A DNA stretch of 64,000 nt, taken from contig CAZNGA010000003.1 in the NCBI GenBank assembly GCA_964572485.1, positions 9,591 through 73,590 on the forward strand, in the 5' to 3' direction. Shown here piece by piece: positions 44,892-50,242 of the stretch. This stretch comes from an uncultured Chitinophagales bacterium. Its GTDB lineage: Bacteria > Bacteroidota > Bacteroidia > Chitinophagales > CAZNGA01. The notes below the pieces were generated by a model. That model was given only the letters and a program-made list of their open reading frames with translations, was not told the DNA's origin and did not search any database. Made by a program: the position numbers and the translations under genes. Numbering within the stretch: the stretch's first letter is position 1; every line of letters starts with the position of its first letter.

Positions 44892-47402
44892 TTAATTTGA
44901 AGAAGAATTACTGGAGCTGGAAATAATCAACCTTTTTTTATGTATCGTTCTTTCATCGCTTCCAATAACAAAGTAAAGTCCGGGTGGAATTTTACCATAA
45001 AGGTCAATAGCTGTAAGCACCTGGCTACTCTCCATCATTATCACTTTTGAAAAAACCTCTCTGCCAAATTGATCCATCAGCAAGACAACCACTTCTTTAT
45101 ATGGTTCAAATCCTTCTAAGACCACATTCAAAGATTGGTTGGGCAGCACAGGGTTTGGGTACAATTCAATGGATGTATTATTTGAATATTCTAATACCAC
45201 TGTTACCGGTGCAAAATATTCGAAATGATGATCATAATCAGCTTGCTTCAGCCTGTAATATGAAGTCCCTTGGTAGGGTGAAACATCTACATATTTGTAG
45301 TCAGTACTTTGATATGTGGTTCCTTGCCCTTCAATAGTAACCAAGATCTCGAAATCAATACCATCATTAGAGCGCTCTATAGTAAAATAGTCATTATTGA
45401 TCTCAACAGCAGTTGACCAGGTGAGTAGCACTTCAGAGCCAACAACTTCAGCATTAAATCCTAATAACTCTATTGGCAGTATTGCACCTGCACCACCTCC
45501 GGTAAATCCATCGTTGGCAGGAATTTCACTGATCCCTGTAGTATTGGACAGGGTATTTGTTGAGGCAGAAACCGAATTGTATGATGTCCAGGCACTTCCA
45601 TCCCATCTTATCCCTAAGAGGTTGCTCTCGGAGCCTACAATATCTGCATCCACATACACTGATTTATAGGTAAAGTTAATTGCCGAGAAACCACCACTGT
45701 TTACATTCCATACTCTGGTGATATGAGCAGTACCTGGGTTAATCTGAACATGCTTGGAGTCGATTATATTTACAGAGATAAAATCACTTCCACCAAATGT
45801 GGTTCCACCGATCAACTCTACCCAAAAAGGAGAATATTCATTATTATCCCCTACCGGATAATTGAATGGATTATTGAGTGCATCCATATTTTTGATCATT
45901 ACACCTGCATTATCTGCTTGCACATAACTTGAAGCACTTTCATTGGACGATGTGGCATTGACGTCCATAGTCATATCATTTGACCCTAATACGATATCCC
46001 CAAGAGTAAGATCGAGGGTACGAGAAACTGTGATATCTGTATTCAATGATACATCACCACTTGAATTATTGATGGTCAGGTCATAATAGGTTTCATTAAC
46101 GCCGTTGATTGTTTGAGCTGAAGATCCATCAAATGTTACTTTTCCATTTCGCTCATTATAGGTTCCATTATCTGTCCAGTTTCCTGCCAGATCTATATCA
46201 TAATCATTTCCGTTATCTGCATCCAGGGTAGAAGTTGCAGTAATCAAAAGGTCGCCATTCACATCAATATTATCTACAAGTGTTTTGGTAGCCCCACCTG
46301 ACATGGTTACATTACCATAGGGTTCACTATTTGAGGGATCAGGGACATTTTGCGCACTGGTGGCTGCAAAATTCACCATACTATTTACATGGATATCATG
46401 AGAGGCAGAAGTAGAGGTCTCCAACATCCCACCAGTAGCATCTGTGGTAGTGGTATAATAAGTTGTTGCACTTGCAATCTCAAAAACCTTTCCATTTCCC
46501 AGTTCTATACTATATCCTCCTGAGTTCATCTGACCGCTCAGGATACGAATATCATCCAAGACTGTATTATTAACATCTGATTGAGAGATATCTGCATCTA
46601 AAGTTACTCCTGCAGTATTATTGATCCGTACTTCCCCATATGTCCATACATCGGTAGCCGATCCACCGTAGTCAATCATCGAAAGAGTTTGTGCAGATGA
46701 GCCATTGTAATTTACGACAGTGTTCAATTCACAATCCAACTCCCCATAATTTCCAGAGGCACTCCTGTCAAAATTGCCTGCAATGTTCAATACTGCGTTG
46801 TCCTTAACTCTCAATCTTGGCTTACCTAGCTCAGCCCCCTCAAATATAATATCTCCCACTACAATAGCTGTAGCATCATTTTCTACATTAAATTCAGCTT
46901 TTTTATCGCCATCGGTCCATAAAAACACATCCCCGCTTACGGTCAATGAACCATCATCAATTACATTAACTTCTGCATCATCTTCTCCATCAAAACCCCT
47001 TATGATCAAATCTCCTCCAATAGACATCGTCCCCGGAGTTCCGCTTGTGCCAAATATCTCAAGAGTTGCTTTATTACCATTATTTTCTGTTGTGAGAAAC
47101 ACACCATTCGTAACGGTAAGATCACCATCATCATCAACTAATAGTTTACTATCATTACCAGAGCCGGAAATAATATAAATACTATCACATTGTTCCACAG
47201 AATTTACAGTTACTGTATATTCGTCTTCAATTATTACCACATCACCACTACCGGGAACAGAAGCCCCTGAAGATCCTCCGGAACTTGTTGCCCAGGTGTT
47301 CGTATTATCCCAATCACCATTGTTGACGGAGTAACGATTAGCTGCATCAACATTGTACTCTATAACACTGATGATGAATAGTGTTGTAAATAAATACTTC
47401 AT
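44892..47402 (-). CDS. T9SS type-A CTD protein, tandem paralog B3
   Basis: 836 aa with signal peptide MKYLFTTLFIISVIEYNVDA. Opener NGDWDNTNTWATSSGGSSGASVPGSGD. An 88-aa stretch is identical to B1. LPIELLGF domain. CTD ELYPNPV...GLYFVIG. Confidence 0.9.
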   Translation of the reverse strand: MKYLFTTLFIISVIEYNVDAANRYSVNNGDWDNTNTWATSSGGSSGASVPGSGDVVIIEDEYTVTVNSVEQCDSIYIISGSGNDSKLLVDDDGDLTVTNGVFLTTENNGNKATLEIFGTSGTPGTMSIGGDLIIRGFDGEDDAEVNVIDDGSLTVSGDVFLWTDGDKKAEFNVENDATAIVVGDIIFEGAELGKPRLRVKDNAVLNIAGNFDRSASGNYGELDCELNTVVNYNGSSAQTLSMIDYGGSATDVWTYGEVRINNTAGVTLDADISQSDVNNTVLDDIRILSGQMNSGGYSIELGNGKVFEIASATTYYTTTTDATGGMLETSTSASHDIHVNSMVNFAATSAQNVPDPSNSEPYGNVTMSGGATKTLVDNIDVNGDLLITATSTLDADNGNDYDIDLAGNWTDNGTYNERNGKVTFDGSSAQTINGVNETYYDLTINNSSGDVSLNTDITVSRTLDLTLGDIVLGSNDMTMDVNATSSNESASSYVQADNAGVMIKNMDALNNPFNYPVGDNNEYSPFWVELIGGTTFGGSDFISVNIIDSKHVQINPGTAHITRVWNVNSGGFSAINFTYKSVYVDADIVGSESNLLGIRWDGSAWTSYNSVSASTNTLSNTTGISEIPANDGFTGGGAGAILPIELLGFNAEVVGSEVLLTWSTAVEINNDYFTIERSNDGIDFEILVTIEGQGTTYQSTDYKYVDVSPYQGTSYYRLKQADYDHHFEYFAPVTVVLEYSNNTSIELYPNPVLPNQSLNVVLEGFEPYKEVVVLLMDQFGREVFSKVIMMESSQVLTAIDLYGKIPPGLYFVIGSDERTIHKKRLIISSSSNSSSN

Positions 47403-47469
47403 AATGTTACCTTTTCAATAGTTTAATTGTTAATTAAATTGAACCTGCAGAGCAGGTTTTTATTAGTAT

Positions 47470-47532
47470 CAAAAATAAAACATTAGTCAAGTGAAAGCAA
47501 TCAGATTTGCACTACAATCTTTCGCATGTAAG
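47470..47532 (-). promoter_or_regulatory. candidate B3 promoter: box1 plus TAnnTTTG box
   Basis: Box1 CTTTC-GCAT-GTAAG (47519-47532). On the minus strand, TATTTTTG (47477-47470) lies 41 nt below it, the same spacing as at B2. A TTG sits 20 nt upstream of the -7 box. Confidence 0.5.
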
Positions 47533-47656
47533 ATTTAAGTAGTTTCTGGTCGATATTATTAAGATAAATGCACAATCCTGTTGAGCAAAGAACCTCAATA
47601 ACCTTTTATCATGGTTATTACTTAAAATAATAGAAATAAAATAGGATTGATTTGGC

Positions 47657-48019
47657 TTACAATAAGTTAAGTCGTTGCATTAAGCTTTTCCTATAAGATT
47701 TGCTGATCGGAATGGGCTTTTTATCCAATATAAGGATCTTTCCCTGTATGGCAGCGATCTTATCAATACGGATGATGTATGATCTGTGTACCCTGATAAA
47801 ATCTTCAGCAGGGAGCTTACCTTCAATACCTTTCATGGTAGAATGAACGGTGTAATTTTCATGCTCAGTTTGAATGATCACATAATCACCATACGCTTTG
47901 ATCCACAGGATATCTTCAGGATAGATCTTTAAAAGGCGTGCAGCCGCTTTCAGAAATATGTGGTTGCTCTGAAAAGTGGTTTGTTTACTAGGCTGATTCA
48001 AGTTGTTGCTTTGGAACAT
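47657..48019 (-). CDS. stand-alone LytTR-domain DNA-binding protein (no receiver domain), copy 1
   Basis: 120 aa. DILWIKAYGDYVIIQTEHENYTVHSTMKGIEGKLPAEDFIRVHRSYIIRIDKI is a complete LytTR domain preceded by only about 30 aa. Confidence 0.85.
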   Translation of the reverse strand: MFQSNNLNQPSKQTTFQSNHIFLKAAARLLKIYPEDILWIKAYGDYVIIQTEHENYTVHSTMKGIEGKLPAEDFIRVHRSYIIRIDKIAAIQGKILILDKKPIPISKSYRKSLMQRLNLL

Positions 48020-48071
48020 ATTTTCATGGTTTTGATGAGGTCAATATATAATACGCAGCGGAAGCTCTTTT

Positions 48072-48109
48072 GTTACAATAGTTACGGGCTTTGTCATACG
48101 TTTGTCATA
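48072..48109. promoter_or_regulatory. repeat cluster upstream of LytTR copy 1
   Basis: GTTAC-AATA-GTTAC (48072-48085, direct half-sites), then TTTGTCATA twice with 11-bp phasing (48090-48098 and 48101-48109). The cluster lies 53-90 nt upstream of the ATG at 48019. Confidence 0.35.
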
Positions 48110-48155
48110 TTTATTTTTATCTTATATGAAATGTGTTTTTTCAATAATATTGCGT

Positions 48156-48524
48156 CTAATCCATTCTTTTCATTAGTTCTTTCCTGAAGGAATCACTTAC
48201 CGGTATCAGCTTCTTTCCTACCTCCAGAGTCTTATTATTTATCGCATTTATTTTATCAATGGCCACAATATATGATCTGTGTACTCTTATAAATTTAGCC
48301 TCAGGAAGCATCTCTTCAATTTCCTTCATTGTTGCATGTACTGTATGTCTATCTTGAAAAGTTTTAATACTGACGTATGAGCCAAAGGCCTCCACACAAA
48401 GGATAGCATCAAGCAGTATCTTGAGGATGGGCGCCTTCTCTTTCACGAAAAGTGGTTTACTTGGTGGTACTCTCTTTCTCATATTGCTATCTTGGTTTTC
48501 AAAGCCGTCAATATTTCTGATCAT
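48156..48524 (-). CDS. stand-alone LytTR-domain DNA-binding protein, copy 2
   Basis: 122 aa. AILCVEAFGSYVSIKTFQDRHTVHATMKEIEEMLPEAKFIRVHRSYIVAIDKI. Confidence 0.85.
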   Translation of the reverse strand: MIRNIDGFENQDSNMRKRVPPSKPLFVKEKAPILKILLDAILCVEAFGSYVSIKTFQDRHTVHATMKEIEEMLPEAKFIRVHRSYIVAIDKINAINNKTLEVGKKLIPVSDSFRKELMKRMD

Positions 48525-48556
48525 GTCAATTAGTTTTAAATTGTTTGCCTATAGTA

Positions 48557-48628
48557 AAACTATACGTAAGGTTCCAGGTAAAAGGTGATTAATTTTGATG
48601 GATGCATTGATTAAAAGGACGAATGGGT
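48557..48628. promoter_or_regulatory. three-box module upstream of LytTR copy 2 (21/18 spacing, same as A3 and B1)
   Basis: ATACGTAAG ends at 48570 (the left half-site is degenerate), a 21-nt gap, ATTTTGAT (48592-48599), an 18-nt gap, then GACGAATGGGT (48618-48628). TAATTTTG at 48590-48597 matches TAnnTTTG on the plus strand. Confidence 0.55.
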
Positions 48629-48733
48629 CAATTATTCGGATTAACGAACCATTTAGGTGGTTGACTATCCATTAATTGTGTTGAATTGATGATTCAATGG
48701 ATACGAGTATAGGTACATTCCTTCTTTTTGAAT

Positions 48734-48764
48734 AAAAAAACCCCCGATACGCATGTACCGGGGG
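48734..48764 (-). terminator. orphan intrinsic terminator (minus strand) inside an ORF-free spacer
   Basis: CCCCCG-12 nt loop-CGGGGG, preceded on the plus strand by A7 (U7 after the stem on the minus strand). It lies 450 nt below the nearest upstream minus-strand stop codon. Confidence 0.65.
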
Positions 48765-49116
48765 TCTCTCTGTGATACTAAAACTAAATTACAATTACTA
48801 AAACTTAAAAATTATGAATATGTCATTGGTTGCTTGATTCTATACATTAAACGAAAAAAAGCAGTAATTGGTTTCATAAATTCGATGAATTGACCTGTTT
48901 ACAGTTAAAATAAAGCACATTATGCCCCCTGCTCAAACAGGGAATATTGATTCAAGTTGATTGATTATGTTGGGAGTATTGGGATTCCTGCTTGTCGACA
49001 GACAGGATTTTATTGATAATTTTTATTGCTCCTGATATTTAAATTATTCGCCTAACCAGCTAATTAATGATCACGATGCACTTTGGCATCGGGATTAATT
49101 CAACTACTAATTTTTA

Positions 49117-49153
49117 TTAAAAAGAAAACCCCTACCATCTAATTGGTAAGGGT
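49117..49153 (-). terminator. intrinsic terminator of LytTR copy 3
   Basis: ACCCCTACCA-tctaat-TGGTAAGGGT (9 of 10 bp paired), followed on the minus strand by TTTTCTTTTT. It lies about 60 nt past the stop at 49213. Confidence 0.6.
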
Positions 49154-49212
49154 CTCTTCTGATAATCAAAACCTAAGAAAGAGGATAGATCTTTAAAGGT
49201 TTTCTATGAAAA

Positions 49213-49557
49213 CTAAAGCAGATTTAAATTTTGCATCAAATTCTCCTTGTACGAATTACTAACAGGGATATATTTTGAGGCAACTTTTAGTGTTTTACCG
49301 TTTACAGAGTTGATCTTATCCAGGGCAACAATAAATGATCTATGTACGCGAATGAAAAATTCGGGGATCAGTTTCTTTTCAATGCCCTTCATTGTTGTGT
49401 GAACAGTATATTTTCTTTCAGGTGTATGGATGATAACATAGTTGCCTAGTGCTTCGATCCATAAAATATCTTCCACATTTATTCTATGAAAATGGGTACT
49501 TGTTTTCACAAAAAAGTTCGCATTTGGCTTCTGCGATATGGTCTGTTTGTTCTTCAT
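49213..49557 (-). CDS. stand-alone LytTR-domain DNA-binding protein, copy 3
   Basis: 114 aa. DILWIEALGNYVIIHTPERKYTVHTTMKGIEKKLIPEFFIRVHRSFIVALDKI. It starts 32 nt downstream of the 165-aa CTD protein gene on the same strand. Confidence 0.85.
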   Translation of the reverse strand: MKNKQTISQKPNANFFVKTSTHFHRINVEDILWIEALGNYVIIHTPERKYTVHTTMKGIEKKLIPEFFIRVHRSFIVALDKINSVNGKTLKVASKYIPVSNSYKENLMQNLNLL

Positions 49558-49589
49558 TATCTTATCTGTTTTAGAGAATTTACTTTCAT

Positions 49590-50087
49590 TTATTTTACGA
49601 TCAATTGTTGTCTTTTTATGCTATCAAAGCTTTTCACTACTATATAATAGGTCCCTGATTCTAATTCAAATCCATAGTTTATATTTTCCACTGTCCCATC
49701 GTTATTGGTAATGAAATCTTTGGAAAATATCACCTTTCCATTTTGATCAAGAAAATTAACCGTGATCTCCTTGACACCTAGCACATTTAGTTGGATGCTT
49801 ATGTTACTGGAAGTCTCAATAGGGTTTGGGAAAATATTAAATGAAAATGCCGGATAAGGTTCAAAACTTTTGACTGTGTTGCTTCGTTCTACTTTTTTAT
49901 TATCCGGTACACTGTAAGGCATACTTTCCACAACCGTAACTGTGGTTATGTTATTATGTTCATCACTCTTTACTTCAGTCGTTTCACTTTGAGCATAAAT
50001 AAAACAGGATATAAGTAAACTAATAGTCAACATGGCCAATCCTTTTGAAGCAAAAGGCGAAAAACGAATATGTTGTATCCTGTTCAT
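49590..50087 (-). CDS. minimal T9SS substrate: signal peptide + short linker + type-A CTD only
   Basis: 165 aa. Signal LAMLTISLLISCFIYAQS, an about 50-aa linker, then the CTD FNIFPNPIETSSNISIQLN...FLDQNGKVIFSKDF...GTYYIVV...RQQLIVK. Confidence 0.8.
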   Translation of the reverse strand: MNRIQHIRFSPFASKGLAMLTISLLISCFIYAQSETTEVKSDEHNNITTVTVVESMPYSVPDNKKVERSNTVKSFEPYPAFSFNIFPNPIETSSNISIQLNVLGVKEITVNFLDQNGKVIFSKDFITNNDGTVENINYGFELESGTYYIVVKSFDSIKRQQLIVK

Positions 50088-50160
50088 TCTATAAAGTTCT
50101 TTTAACTTATTGCAAATTACTTAATGCGAATTCCTTGGACAAACCATTACAAGGCATGCG

Positions 50161-50174
50161 GTTACACATGTAAG
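50161..50174. promoter_or_regulatory. box1 palindrome upstream of the 165-aa CTD gene / LytTR copy 3 pair
   Basis: GTTAC-ACAT-GTAAG followed by ATTTTGAGG, 73 nt upstream of the ATG at 50087. A near -7 box, GTAATTTG, lies on the minus strand at 50120-50113 (40-nt gap). Confidence 0.45.
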
Positions 50175-50242
50175 ATTTTGAGGGAAAAGGGGCAATCAAA
50201 TGATTCGAAGAAAGGTATTGAAAAGAAAATGTTGGATACAAA

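Noticed and set aside
23048-47402. A diversity-generating retroelement, shufflon or invertible-promoter mechanism, or a mobile genomic island, as an explanation for the variable array.
   Set aside because: The window has no reverse transcriptase, no template-repeat pattern with adenine-specific mismatches, and no tyrosine or serine recombinase, transposase or integrase. I saw no flanking long inverted or direct repeats or tRNA attachment site. Homologous recombination (gene conversion) suffices to explain the identical patches.
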